Positions 8,006-17,269 of a stretch of DNA of 60,036 nucleotides are shown here, in pieces; the stretch's first letter is position 1, and every line of letters starts with the position of its first letter. A model generated the notes under the pieces. It made no database searches. It worked only from the letters and a program-made list of their open reading frames with translations, and had not been told where the DNA came from. The stretch lies in NCBI GenBank assembly GCA_018897435.1, contig JAHIKI010000049.1, positions 1 through 60,036 of the forward strand, written 5' to 3'. A program made the position numbers and the translations under genes. The DNA comes from Acidobacteriota bacterium (GTDB taxonomy: Bacteria > Acidobacteriota > Aminicenantia > UBA2199).

Positions 8006-9766
8006 ATGAGCCCGAAACTGGAGCAGTTGAACATCTCCCCGGAATTTCATCCCTTCATCAGCAATCTGAGCGACCTGGCCGGAGGCAAGGAGCGCATGCC
8101 TTTCATCGGCCGCGAAAATGAACTGGAAGCCCTGATGGAAACGCTGTTGCGCAAGCTGAAAAAAAACATCATTCTGGTCGGCAAGCCTGGCGTGGGCAAG
8201 ACGGCCCTGATCACCGAGCTGGCTAACCGCATCAACCGCGGCCGGGTCCCAGCCAACCTGCGGGGCAAGGTCATCCTCGAACTTTCGCTGAACCAGTTTT
8301 TTTATTCCCGGGAATCGCTCGACCTGCGGGCCAAGGATTTTGAAAAACTGTTTGCCGAGATCAGGAAAAACCGGGAGCGCATCATCCTTTTCCTGGATGA
8401 AATGAACGGCCAGTCGCTGGGCGGCGGGGAGCAGCCGGGCCGCGGCAGCCAGATCCAGGGGTTGCTGAAAATCCATATCGCCAGCCGGGAATTGCTGATC
8501 ATCGCCGCGGCCACACCCGAGGACTACTACAAATACATCAAAAGCGACGAGATCATGGCTGCCAATTTTTCGGCCATTTTGCTTAGTGAGCCCGAAAAAG
8601 ACGAAATGCTGAAGATCCTGGCCGGGGTAAAAGGCTATTTTGAAAAATATTATGGTCTGCGCATCCCCGACGGCTTATTTGCTAGCGTATTCACCCTGGC
8701 GCAGCGGTTCATTCCTACCCGCGCCTTTCCCGACAAGGCGATTGATTTGCTGGACATCGCCTGCTCCAAAGCATCATTGAAAAAGATCAGGACCCTGACC
8801 ATCCAACACATTTATCAGAGCATCAGCAGCATTTCCAAACTTCCCATTGAAATTGTTTCTCTTAATACCCATGAGCATTACCGCGGCATGCTGGCCTACC
8901 TGCAGGAAGCGGCAGTCAACCAGACCAGCGCCCTGGAGGAAATATCGCGGATCATCAAGCTGGCCAAACTGGAAACAAGGCCCAACACGCTGAAGCCGGA
9001 AGGCATTTTCCTGTTCCTGGGGCCGACCGGTGTGGGCAAGAGTTTTGTCGCCGCCCGCATCGCCGCCTACCTTTTCGGCAGCCCCGAAAAGCTACGCGTG
9101 ATCGACCTCGCCGGATTCAAGAAGGCCGAAGACGCCGAAAAGCTGATCCGCGGTGATGAAGAAGGCAATTCCGGGATACTCATCCGCGAGATCGAAAACC
9201 ATCCTTTTTCGGTGATCCTATTTGAAAATATCGAGGCGGCGCATGCGTCGGTGCTGTATTTCCTAGGCAAGGTGCTGAGCAAAGGCGAAGTCGTCGACAA
9301 TATCGGTAAAAAGCATTACCTGGCCAACATCATTTTTATATTGAGCCTAACCGGCATCGGCGAAGCGAAAAAGGATTCGGCCATCGGTTTCGTCAAGGAC
9401 GATCTTCGCTCAGGGGAGATCGTCATTTCCCCCAAGATCATGAATGTGCTGGATTGGGTCGATGAGATCATCCAGTTCACCCCCCTCAATCTCGAGCACC
9501 TGAAAAAGATAACCGCCATCCAGCTGGAGAAATTGCTCCGGGATATGCAGGATCGCTATCACTGCAAATTGAGCGTCGATGACGGCTTGCTCGATGCCCT
9601 GGCGGGCGAAGCGGAAATATCGGGTCGGTACGCCCACGCCGTAAGTGATTTCATTGAGCGCGAAATCCGTTTGCCGGCCGTTGATATTGTTACCAAGATC
9701 AACAAGAAGCTTCAATTGCGAGTCACCCTGGAAAAAAAACGGGTGCGCGTTGTGGTTGTTTCATAG
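8006..9766 (+). CDS. Clp/Hsp100-family double AAA+ ATPase, short form without N- and M-domains
   Basis: D1 has Walker A GKPGVGKT and Walker B ILFLDEM. D2 has Walker A GPTGVGKS but reads VILFENIE where ClpB has VILLDEVE. About 586 aa. Confidence 0.8.
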   Translation: MSPKLEQLNISPEFHPFISNLSDLAGGKERMPFIGRENELEALMETLLRKLKKNIILVGKPGVGKTALITELANRINRGRVPANLRGKVILELSLNQFFYSRESLDLRAKDFEKLFAEIRKNRERIILFLDEMNGQSLGGGEQPGRGSQIQGLLKIHIASRELLIIAAATPEDYYKYIKSDEIMAANFSAILLSEPEKDEMLKILAGVKGYFEKYYGLRIPDGLFASVFTLAQRFIPTRAFPDKAIDLLDIACSKASLKKIRTLTIQHIYQSISSISKLPIEIVSLNTHEHYRGMLAYLQEAAVNQTSALEEISRIIKLAKLETRPNTLKPEGIFLFLGPTGVGKSFVAARIAAYLFGSPEKLRVIDLAGFKKAEDAEKLIRGDEEGNSGILIREIENHPFSVILFENIEAAHASVLYFLGKVLSKGEVVDNIGKKHYLANIIFILSLTGIGEAKKDSAIGFVKDDLRSGEIVISPKIMNVLDWVDEIIQFTPLNLEHLKKITAIQLEKLLRDMQDRYHCKLSVDDGLLDALAGEAEISGRYAHAVSDFIEREIRLPAVDIVTKINKKLQLRVTLEKKRVRVVVVS

Positions 9767-9773
9767 GGGGAAT

Positions 9774-10868
9774 ATGCCGAGAAAATTGAAAATTGAACAT
9801 TTGTTCACCGTCAAAACCTACCCCCGGGATGTGGAGATCAATTTTTCCTTTTCCAACATGGAGTTCCTGTTGGCTGAAGACGAATTGCCCTTCCAGCGCG
9901 AATCCATCAAATTGCACGCTTTTACCGGCGACGCCCGTGTCGGCAGCCGTCACTTGCTGGAAACCCTGAGCCGCAAGGAGATGGTGCCGCAGGAAAACAT
10001 TTTTCTTTCACTGGGAAGCAGTCTGGCCAATTTCATCATTTGGGCGGCTCTGCTCAAGCGCGGTGACGAGGTCCTCATTGAATTCCCGGCCTATGAACCC
10101 ATGTTCAAGGTACCGGCTTACCTGGGTGCCAGGATTCGCTTCTTCAAGCGTGACCCCCTCGATTTTTCCTTGACTGTAGCGGCCATTGCCGCCAGCATCT
10201 CGGAAAAGACCAAAATGATCATCCTGACCGATTCGCACAACCCATCGGGAAACCAGATTCCCGGCGAAGTCCTGCAATATCTGAAAACCCTAAACCAGGA
10301 AAGGAATATCACGATCTTCATCGATGCGGTCTATGGCAAATTTTACCGGGACAAGTCACTTTTTGTCGATTACCCGGAATTCATTGTCACCGCTTCGCTT
10401 TCCAAATTCTACGGCTTGGGTTCCATGCGCATCGGCTGGGCTTTCGCCCCGGCGTACATCATTGAAAAAGCCCGTAATTTCAGTGATTACCTTACTCCGG
10501 AGATCCCGTTTATGCCTCTGTACCTGGCCCACATCCTGCTCGAACACCCGCTGTTTGCCGAACTGGAACAGCGCATACGCCAGCGCATCAAGACCAACCG
10601 CGAGATCATCAGTGCCTATTTTGACCGGACCGACTTCCTTTCCTGCTACATCCCCAAGAACGGCCTGCTTTTTTTCCCGGAAGTGAAAAGCGCAGTGGAC
10701 ATTAAAAAATTCTATGCCCAATTATACAAAAAATACCACATGGTGGTCACCGAAGGCCGGTTCTTCCAAATGCCGCGACATTTTCGCATGACCGGTGTTT
10801 GTGATCCCGAAACAGTGGCCAAGGGGTTGCAGCGGCTGGAAGAAGCACTGAAGGATTCGCGGGTCTGA
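9774..10868 (+). CDS. PLP-dependent aminotransferase, class I/II
   Basis: 364 aa from MPRKLKIEH with PLP-lysine motif SLSKFYGLGSMRIGW. The upstream part of the tracked ORF overlaps the preceding gene. Confidence 0.85.
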   Translation: MPRKLKIEHLFTVKTYPRDVEINFSFSNMEFLLAEDELPFQRESIKLHAFTGDARVGSRHLLETLSRKEMVPQENIFLSLGSSLANFIIWAALLKRGDEVLIEFPAYEPMFKVPAYLGARIRFFKRDPLDFSLTVAAIAASISEKTKMIILTDSHNPSGNQIPGEVLQYLKTLNQERNITIFIDAVYGKFYRDKSLFVDYPEFIVTASLSKFYGLGSMRIGWAFAPAYIIEKARNFSDYLTPEIPFMPLYLAHILLEHPLFAELEQRIRQRIKTNREIISAYFDRTDFLSCYIPKNGLLFFPEVKSAVDIKKFYAQLYKKYHMVVTEGRFFQMPRHFRMTGVCDPETVAKGLQRLEEALKDSRV

Positions 10869-10893
10869 TCAGCCGGGTTGTTTTAAAAGTCGT

Positions 10894-11583
10894 TTATTTC
10901 AGAAATTCCGCTAGCGCTTGCTGCTGGGCAAGGCTGATCTCCTTGAAGACGACGCCCATTCCGGGCAGGGAGAGGAAATCGTTGCCCCAGGGCTTGCTCC
11001 ACCTGATCTCTGCAGCGATGGGGGTTTTATCGTGCAGGTCGGTGAAGGTAAGGCAGATAGGGGTACCGCACGGCAGTTCATTGACGGAAATGATAAAACA
11101 GCCGTTCTGGGAAATATTTTTGGTGTTGGTCTTGAATGATTTTTCCTGGCCGCCGAATTGGGCTTGGATGTTGAAAAAAAGATTCTTGCGCATCTCGGAA
11201 CGGATGCCGCGCCGCTTCATGTTCCGGCATTGGTTCTGGATGAAATCTTCCAGGATCTTGATCTCATGCTGGCGCGCCATCAGCCAGCCGCCGGCAGGGT
11301 CCAATTGGGACGGTTTCTGTTTACTGTCGCCGATATAAAGAATTGGGAATATTTTATCAAGGGTGTAGACGAACTCTTTGTCGGCATTGGCAGAAACGAT
11401 GTGTGTCCACATATCCACGATTAATCCCGCATACACCTTTTCCCGGCAGCCTCTCTTCAGCTCATCGGTTCCGGCATAGGTTTCCAAAATGATATTTTCG
11501 CGTCTGGAAAGCATATCCTTGTAAAAGTTGCAGGTGTTTTCATGTTTTGAGATCAGGGCGATGCGCAACAGCGGTATGATCAT
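10894..11583 (-). CDS. PilZ domain protein with a divergent receiver-like N-terminus
   Basis: The C-terminus (RKNLFFNI...NISQNGCFIIS...GTPICLTF...AAEIRWS) looks like a PilZ barrel. The N-terminal 110 aa look CheY-like but lack the DD pocket. Confidence 0.6.
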   Translation of the reverse strand: MIIPLLRIALISKHENTCNFYKDMLSRRENIILETYAGTDELKRGCREKVYAGLIVDMWTHIVSANADKEFVYTLDKIFPILYIGDSKQKPSQLDPAGGWLMARQHEIKILEDFIQNQCRNMKRRGIRSEMRKNLFFNIQAQFGGQEKSFKTNTKNISQNGCFIISVNELPCGTPICLTFTDLHDKTPIAAEIRWSKPWGNDFLSLPGMGVVFKEISLAQQQALAEFLK

Positions 11584-11757
11584 GGTCGGTTCCTCATTTT
11601 GCCGGGCGGAATAGCGCCGGGCTTGCGGGTACGTCGCAGAGCGACAAATGAATCATAAGGAAACGCAGGGCTTTTGTTTTCATTGCAGTTCCTGGGATCA
11701 AGTGTAACGCAAATTTGAAAAAAAGTCAGCAATACAAAAAAGCACGCAGCCGGGAAG

Positions 11758-12660
11758 CTATCCGGGTGTGGACTTGATGAAGCGGCGCAGGGAGATGAAA
11801 GATGAGAACAAGCCGATGGCCGAGCCGGTAATGACCAGTTCCCAGAAGATCCTCAGCGGCAGCTGTCTGAAATCGATCAGCTGCTTGACGATATTGAAGA
11901 TGAATTCGGCGTAGACCGGGAAAACCTTGATGATGACCAGCAGCAGGCCGCCGGCCAGAAGCCCGCCCAGAAATCCCAGGATCAGTCCTTCGAGCAGAAA
12001 GGGGGTTTTGATATACCAGTCAGTGGCGCCGACCAAGCGCAGGATATTGATCTCGTCCCGGCGGTAAAAAATATTGATCTTCACCACATTAAAGATGATG
12101 AAAATGGATACGATGAGCAGGATGGCGCTCAGGAAAAGCCCGGCGAAAGAGGCAAATTTCTTGATTAAGGTGATCTTTCTGGCCCAGTCCAGGTTAAGTT
12201 GGACGCTTTCGATGATGCTGTTTTTCTCGATATCACGGATGAATGATTCGATCTGCACCACGTTGCGGGCATCGGCACGGAACTTGACATCGATGGACGC
12301 CGGAAAGGGAGAATTATTGAATTCGGCCAGAATGTACTGCAATTCGGGAAATTCCTGGGTGAATTTCGTCTGGGCCCTATCCTTGGAAGTAAACCCCACT
12401 TCTTTGACCAGCAGGTTGCCCTGGATCCGTTGCAGCATCTTTTCGATCTCCGCACTGTTGCCGCTGTCCCTGAGGTAAAAGATCGCTTCGATGTTTTCGC
12501 TCAGTTTGCTGATGTAACGATCCAGATTGAAGGAAATGTAATTGAATATCCCCGGTACCAGCAAGGTGAAGGCGATGATGCCCAAGCACAGGAAATTGAC
12601 CGTTTTGTTGCGCAAGATATTGTTCAGGGCCTGCTGGACCGCACGCGCCATGAATTTCAT
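11758..12660 (-). CDS. ftsX: cell division ABC transporter permease FtsX
   Basis: 300 aa with one N-terminal TM, a periplasmic loop and three C-terminal TM helices. Its start overlaps the ftsE stop (TAATG). Confidence 0.85.
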   Translation of the reverse strand: MKFMARAVQQALNNILRNKTVNFLCLGIIAFTLLVPGIFNYISFNLDRYISKLSENIEAIFYLRDSGNSAEIEKMLQRIQGNLLVKEVGFTSKDRAQTKFTQEFPELQYILAEFNNSPFPASIDVKFRADARNVVQIESFIRDIEKNSIIESVQLNLDWARKITLIKKFASFAGLFLSAILLIVSIFIIFNVVKINIFYRRDEINILRLVGATDWYIKTPFLLEGLILGFLGGLLAGGLLLVIIKVFPVYAEFIFNIVKQLIDFRQLPLRIFWELVITGSAIGLFSSFISLRRFIKSTPG

Positions 12661-13334
12661 TAAATGGCCTCGCTGGCTTTGTCCAAAACCAATTGTCCCT
12701 TGTCCAATTTGATGATGCGTTTGGGAAAGAGGTTGATCAGGTTCATATCGTGGGTGGCTATGATCGTGGTGATGCCGCTGGCATTGATCTTTTCCAATAT
12801 GCGGATGATCTCGATGGACAATTCGGTGTCCAGGTTGCCTGTCGGTTCGTCGGCGATCAGGATCTTGGGGTTGCCGATTACGGCCCGGGCGATGGCCACT
12901 CGCTGCTGTTCGCCGCCCGAAATGTGGGAGGTCAGGTAGCGCTTGCGGTGGCTCAGGCCGACCAGGGCCAGGGTGCTATTCACTTTCTTTTCCACCGCCG
13001 CCTTTTTTTCTCCTCTGACCAGTAGGGGGATGGCCACGTTCTCATGCACGGTGCGGTTCATCATCAGCTTGAAATCCTGGAACACAATTCCGATCTGCCT
13101 GCGCAGCTTATAGAGTTTTCCGGGCGGGATCAGGGTGCTGTTGATCGAATCGATCAGGATTTGTCCCTTGCTGGGCTCCTCTTCTTTGTATATCAGTTTG
13201 AGCAGGGTTGATTTTCCGGCCCCCGATGCACCTGTAAGGAAAATGAATTCCCCCCGTTCAACGGAAAGATTGATGTCGCTCAGGGCTTCATTGCTGCGGA
13301 AATACTGCTTGTAGACATGGAAAAACTGGATCAC
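12660..13334 (-). CDS. ftsE: cell division ATP-binding protein FtsE
   Basis: Walker [10 protein letters not shown], signature SGGEQQRV, Walker [13 protein letters not shown]. 224 aa. Confidence 0.9.
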   Translation of the reverse strand: MIQFFHVYKQYFRSNEALSDINLSVERGEFIFLTGASGAGKSTLLKLIYKEEEPSKGQILIDSINSTLIPPGKLYKLRRQIGIVFQDFKLMMNRTVHENVAIPLLVRGEKKAAVEKKVNSTLALVGLSHRKRYLTSHISGGEQQRVAIARAVIGNPKILIADEPTGNLDTELSIEIIRILEKINASGITTIIATHDMNLINLFPKRIIKLDKGQLVLDKASEAI

Positions 13335-14266
13335 GGCCGGGATAGGATTTCTTTGCCGGCGCCGGCGATATCAGCGGCAGTCAGCTTAAAATGTACGTAC
13401 AGGTCTTCCGGCTTGCCGGAACGGCCGAACTGGTTGTCCATGCCCATGATCTTCATGGGCACCGGGTACTGCTGGGACAAGAATTCAGCGCAGGCACTTC
13501 CCAAGCCTCCGTGGACCGAATGATCCTCGATGGTTACTAAGTGGCCGGTTTTTTTGGCGAAGCGCAGCAGGATGTCCTCGTCCAGCGGTTTCAGGCTTGA
13601 AAAGTCAATGACCGCCGCGGAGATCTGGGCTGCGGCCAGGAGTTCCGCCGCCTGCAGGGCTTTTTCGACCATGGCTCCCATAGCGATCAGGGTGATGTCC
13701 GAGCCGTCGCGAAGCAACGGCGCCCGGCCCATGATAAAACGGTGCTCTGTGCCGAATAATGTCGGCAGATTGTTGCGGGTCAAGCGGATGAAAAAAGGCC
13801 CCGGTGTAGCCGCGGCGTATTCGACGGCCAGAGAGGTTTCCACGGCGTCGGCCGGGACGATGATGCGAATCTCGGGAAGGGCGCGCGTCAGGGCGATGTC
13901 TTCCAGTGACTGGTGGGTGGCTCCGTCCTCTCCGACCCCCAGACCAGAGTGGGTGCCGACCAGCTTGACATTGGCCCGGTTGTAGCAGACCGACTGGCGG
14001 ATCTGGTCAAAAACCCGCCCGACCAGGAAAGTACAGAAAGAGCTGGCGAATACGGTCTTGCCGGTCAAGGCGATGCCGGCGGCAGTGGAAACCATGTCTT
14101 GTTCAGCCAGTCCCATGTCGATGAAACGTCCGGCAAACTCCTTGGCAAAAACCTGGGTCTGAGTGGATTTTGCCAGATCGGCATCCAGCACGACCAGGTC
14201 GGGGATTTCCCGACCCAGCTTGAGCAGGGTTTTGCCGTAGGCGCCGCGCAGGCTTTCAACGGCCAT
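13331..14266 (-). CDS. transketolase, C-terminal subunit
   Basis: 311 aa with pyrimidine-binding and C-terminal domains (GVGEDGATHQSLEDIA). It overlaps the N-terminal subunit gene. Confidence 0.9.
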   Translation of the reverse strand: MAVESLRGAYGKTLLKLGREIPDLVVLDADLAKSTQTQVFAKEFAGRFIDMGLAEQDMVSTAAGIALTGKTVFASSFCTFLVGRVFDQIRQSVCYNRANVKLVGTHSGLGVGEDGATHQSLEDIALTRALPEIRIIVPADAVETSLAVEYAAATPGPFFIRLTRNNLPTLFGTEHRFIMGRAPLLRDGSDITLIAMGAMVEKALQAAELLAAAQISAAVIDFSSLKPLDEDILLRFAKKTGHLVTIEDHSVHGGLGSACAEFLSQQYPVPMKIMGMDNQFGRSGKPEDLYVHFKLTAADIAGAGKEILSRP

Positions 14267-15083
14267 GGTTCAGTTCCGTCAGGGCGGTTGCCATTTCCTG
14301 GGCATTGGGTGCCTGGCCGTGAAAATTGACATTGTTTTCCATGAATGAGACCCCTTTGCCTTTGACGGTGCGGGCGATGATCATAGTCGGTTTTTCCTTT
14401 TCATGCCGGAACTCAGCCAGGGCGGCGGCAATTTCCCGGAAATCGTGGCCGTTGATCTCGTGCACGCGCCAGCGGAAGGATTGCCACTTGTCGCGCAGCG
14501 GTTGAATGTCCTTGATGTCGCTAACCCGGCCGTCTATCTGCAGGTCGTTATAGTCGAGAAAAACGCAGAGGTCGGTCAATTGCCGGAAACCGGCGGTCAT
14601 GGCCGCTTCCCAGATCTGGCCTTCCTGGGATTCGCCGTCCCCGATCATGGCATACACGCAGGCCGGGTTTTGTGACAGCTTTAATCCCATGGCCATGCCG
14701 GCGGCCATGGAGAGTCCCTGGCCCAGGGAACCGGTGGAAGCATCCACGCCGGGTGTGTCCAAACGGTGGGGATGGCCCTGCAGGCTGGAACCTACCTGGC
14801 GCAGGCTGGAGAGGATCTCGCTTGAGAAAAAACCGCGTTTGGCCAGGGTGGCATAAAGGACCGGCGCCGCATGCCCTTTGGACAGAACGAAACGATCACG
14901 GTCGGGGCGGCCGGGATTTTGCGGATCGATGTTCATTTCGCGGAAATACAGCCACGTCAGAATTTCAACGGCCGACAATGAACCGCCGGGGTGTCCCGAA
15001 GCGGACCGGCCGATCATCTGGATGATCATGATCCTGATCTGGCGCGCGATTTCGCTTAAGTCCGCCAATTCCTGCTCATTCAT
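14256..15083 (-). CDS. transketolase, N-terminal (TPP-binding) subunit
   Basis: 275 aa with GHPGGSLS and GDGESQEGQIWEA motifs. Confidence 0.9.
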   Translation of the reverse strand: MNEQELADLSEIARQIRIMIIQMIGRSASGHPGGSLSAVEILTWLYFREMNIDPQNPGRPDRDRFVLSKGHAAPVLYATLAKRGFFSSEILSSLRQVGSSLQGHPHRLDTPGVDASTGSLGQGLSMAAGMAMGLKLSQNPACVYAMIGDGESQEGQIWEAAMTAGFRQLTDLCVFLDYNDLQIDGRVSDIKDIQPLRDKWQSFRWRVHEINGHDFREIAAALAEFRHEKEKPTMIIARTVKGKGVSFMENNVNFHGQAPNAQEMATALTELNHGR

Positions 15084-15109
15084 CCTGGGACTCCCTGGGT
15101 GAAATAGAA

Positions 15110-15832
15110 TTATTCTTCACCCGCACCGACAATTTTTTTAAACAAAATCCGGCCGCAGCTTTCGCAGATCAGCACATCGTTGGAGATGATCATTTCACTC
15201 AGGACCTGGGGACGGATCTTGATATTGCAGACGCCGCAGAAATCGGTCTGCACATAGGAGACGACTTTCCCGGCTTTTTTAACATAAAGGTTGTCATAGG
15301 CTTTTAGAAGTTTGGCATCCACCCGGGTGCGCAACTCCATTTTGTTTTTGGTTTCCTCGGCCAGTTTGTTTTTGTGGTATTCCAGGTTGCTGTGCATATC
15401 CTTGATCTGCTGGTTGTATGTTTCGGCTATTTTATTGAATTCGCTTTCCGCCTCGCGGATCATGCCCATGATCTCGTCCGATTCGACCATTTTTTCGATT
15501 ATTTTTTCTTCCACGGTAGTTATAGTGTTTTCTTCGAATTTGATCTCATTGCTGAAACCCTGGTATTCCTTGTTGGTGGTCACTTTCTTCATCTGTTCTT
15601 TGTATTTGGCGATCTTGTCCTTGATGGCGGCGATATCCCGTTCGAGTTTTTTTCTTGCTTCGCTGTTGTGGTGAAGTTTTTTCTTGGTTTTTTCGATCAT
15701 GTCGGAGCGGGAGTCGCGCTCGTCTTCCAGTTCCTTGATCTTGAGGGGGATTTCCTTGATTATATTTTCGATTTCTTTCAGTTGGTCATCTTTTTGCTGC
15801 AACGCGTATAAAATATCGAGTCCTTCTTTCAA
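15110..15832 (-). CDS. coiled-coil protein with C-terminal C4 zinc ribbon (COG1579-like)
   Basis: 240 aa, Lys/Glu-rich coiled coil followed by CGVCNIKI...CESCGRIL. TTG start. Confidence 0.75.
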   Translation of the reverse strand: MKEGLDILYALQQKDDQLKEIENIIKEIPLKIKELEDERDSRSDMIEKTKKKLHHNSEARKKLERDIAAIKDKIAKYKEQMKKVTTNKEYQGFSNEIKFEENTITTVEEKIIEKMVESDEIMGMIREAESEFNKIAETYNQQIKDMHSNLEYHKNKLAEETKNKMELRTRVDAKLLKAYDNLYVKKAGKVVSYVQTDFCGVCNIKIRPQVLSEMIISNDVLICESCGRILFKKIVGAGEE

Positions 15833-15858
15833 GTAAACTCCTTATTGGACGCATTTAC

Positions 15859-15931
15859 TGGGCCTACCAGGATTCGAACCTGGAACCAACCGGTTATGAG
15901 CCGGTAGCTCTAGCCGTTGAGCTATAGACCC
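15859..15931 (-). tRNA. tRNA with CAT anticodon (elongator Met, or Ile2 if lysidinylated)
   Basis: The reverse complement reads GGGTCTATAGCTCAACGGCTAGAGCTACCGGCTCATAACCGGTTGGTTCCAGGTTCGAATCCTGGTAGGCCCA. The 1-72 pair is intact and the anticodon stem lacks GGG/CCC, so it is not an initiator. Confidence 0.85.
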
Positions 15932-16024
15932 ACGACAAGTTCAAGAGTAGCAAAAATGCGCTCGCGTGTCAAGCCCAATTTACGGCTTTTTTCCCACTGA
16001 TTTGCGTTTTGGAGCGCTTGGCAG

Positions 16025-16052
16025 TTGACAATTTTTGTTATTTCGTTATATT
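16025..16052 (+). promoter_or_regulatory. sigma70-type promoter TTGACA-16-TATATT
   Basis: TTGACA at 16025-16030 and TATATT at 16047-16052. The ATG at 16062 is only 9 nt downstream. Confidence 0.5.
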
Positions 16053-16061
16053 AAATGAAAA

Positions 16062-17228
16062 ATGAAAAAGATATTCTTTCTGTTCATGATCTTCGGCCTG
16101 TTTATCCCCAGCCATTCTTTTTTTCCTTTTTTTTACGGCGCGCGTTCTCTTGCGCTTGGTTATTCGTCCCTGGCTTTTAATTACGATTACAATGCCATAT
16201 ACGTTAACCCGGCCCTGCTGAATTCTTTGCTGGCAGCCCTGGGCGGATTCCAGTATCAAAGCAGTTTCCTGGATTACCAGGATGCGGCAGGCAATTGGGC
16301 CGGGATCAGTGCTTACGATCTTAAAAATTTCCAGGACCTGGATGCGGAAACCAAGTCGCTTCTGCTTGGCAAGATTGACTCTATCTTCGCGGCCCAGACC
16401 GGTATCAGCGGTTTTCAATTCAGCAATCCCGGTTTTGCCGGCAAGGGCTATGCTCTGGCCGTGGCAAAAGTCGATGCGGCCGTGATTTTTCCTCAGGCCA
16501 ATACCATTTTGGCCAAGCTGCCTGGCGACATAACCAATGCCGATATCGCTTCCCTGCAAATGCGCTTCATCGGCTTTCAATATAGCGATTACTCGCTGGC
16601 CTTCGCCTTTCCCCTTGGGCAAGGCCTGTCACTGGGAGCTACAGCCCACTACCTGAAAGGGCGCAACGCCGAATTCAACGCCTCGATCACGGAAACTCCG
16701 TTCCTGCCAGGTGCCAATGCCAAGGATTTCCTGCAATTTGCCTGGTCAGGCGCCGAAAAAGATTTTTCCAAGCTAAACTTCGATGTGGGGATCAGCGCCG
16801 ACCTGGGGCAGTATTTCAAAGCCGGGCTCATGGTCAGAAATGTCGCTAATCCGGTCATCTCCACAGCTTTCAGTGAACTGCGCCTAACCCGGCGCCTGAT
16901 CGGCGGGCTGGCCTTGCGGCCGGACAACCAGCTGGGGATTTTCCTGGATATCGACGTAGCCAAAAGCGACCTTTTTCACAACGGCCAGGATGCGCAGCCG
17001 GTGTCCCTGGGAGTTGAAAAAGGGCTTTTTCAAAACAAGTTGTTTTTGCGCGCCGGTTTCCTGAGCGACCTGTGCGACAAATATATTTTGGGCCGCAAAG
17101 CCAATGTCCTCTACGGTTTGGGATTCGGTTTCAATTCGGGAAATTTCCTGGTCGATGTCGCCCTGGGACTTGACCATATGGGCTATATGAAAAATCTGGC
17201 GATTTCCGGTTTTTATTTGATTAAATGA
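16062..17228 (+). CDS. outer-membrane beta-barrel protein (FadL/PorV-like, unassigned family)
   Basis: Signal peptide, alternating beta-strand pattern and aromatic C-terminus (SGFYLIK). Its N-terminal motif G(A)RSLALG...NPA resembles that of the ORF at 44616. Confidence 0.6.
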   Translation: MKKIFFLFMIFGLFIPSHSFFPFFYGARSLALGYSSLAFNYDYNAIYVNPALLNSLLAALGGFQYQSSFLDYQDAAGNWAGISAYDLKNFQDLDAETKSLLLGKIDSIFAAQTGISGFQFSNPGFAGKGYALAVAKVDAAVIFPQANTILAKLPGDITNADIASLQMRFIGFQYSDYSLAFAFPLGQGLSLGATAHYLKGRNAEFNASITETPFLPGANAKDFLQFAWSGAEKDFSKLNFDVGISADLGQYFKAGLMVRNVANPVISTAFSELRLTRRLIGGLALRPDNQLGIFLDIDVAKSDLFHNGQDAQPVSLGVEKGLFQNKLFLRAGFLSDLCDKYILGRKANVLYGLGFGFNSGNFLVDVALGLDHMGYMKNLAISGFYLIK

Positions 17229-17233
17229 AAAAA

Positions 17234-17262
17234 TTGACAATTGATTTTTCTTTCACTACAAT
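17234..17262 (+). promoter_or_regulatory. sigma70-type promoter TTGACA-17-TACAAT placed for leaderless pilB
   Basis: TTGACA at 17234-17239 and TACAAT at 17257-17262. The pilB ATG at 17270 follows 7 nt after the -10, with no SD. Confidence 0.6.
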
Positions 17263-17269
17263 ATAACCA

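Noticed and set aside
13331-15083. Split transketolase as an anomaly or pseudogene
   Set aside because: Separate N- and C-terminal subunit genes with overlapping ends are a common arrangement in anaerobes and archaea, and both halves are intact.
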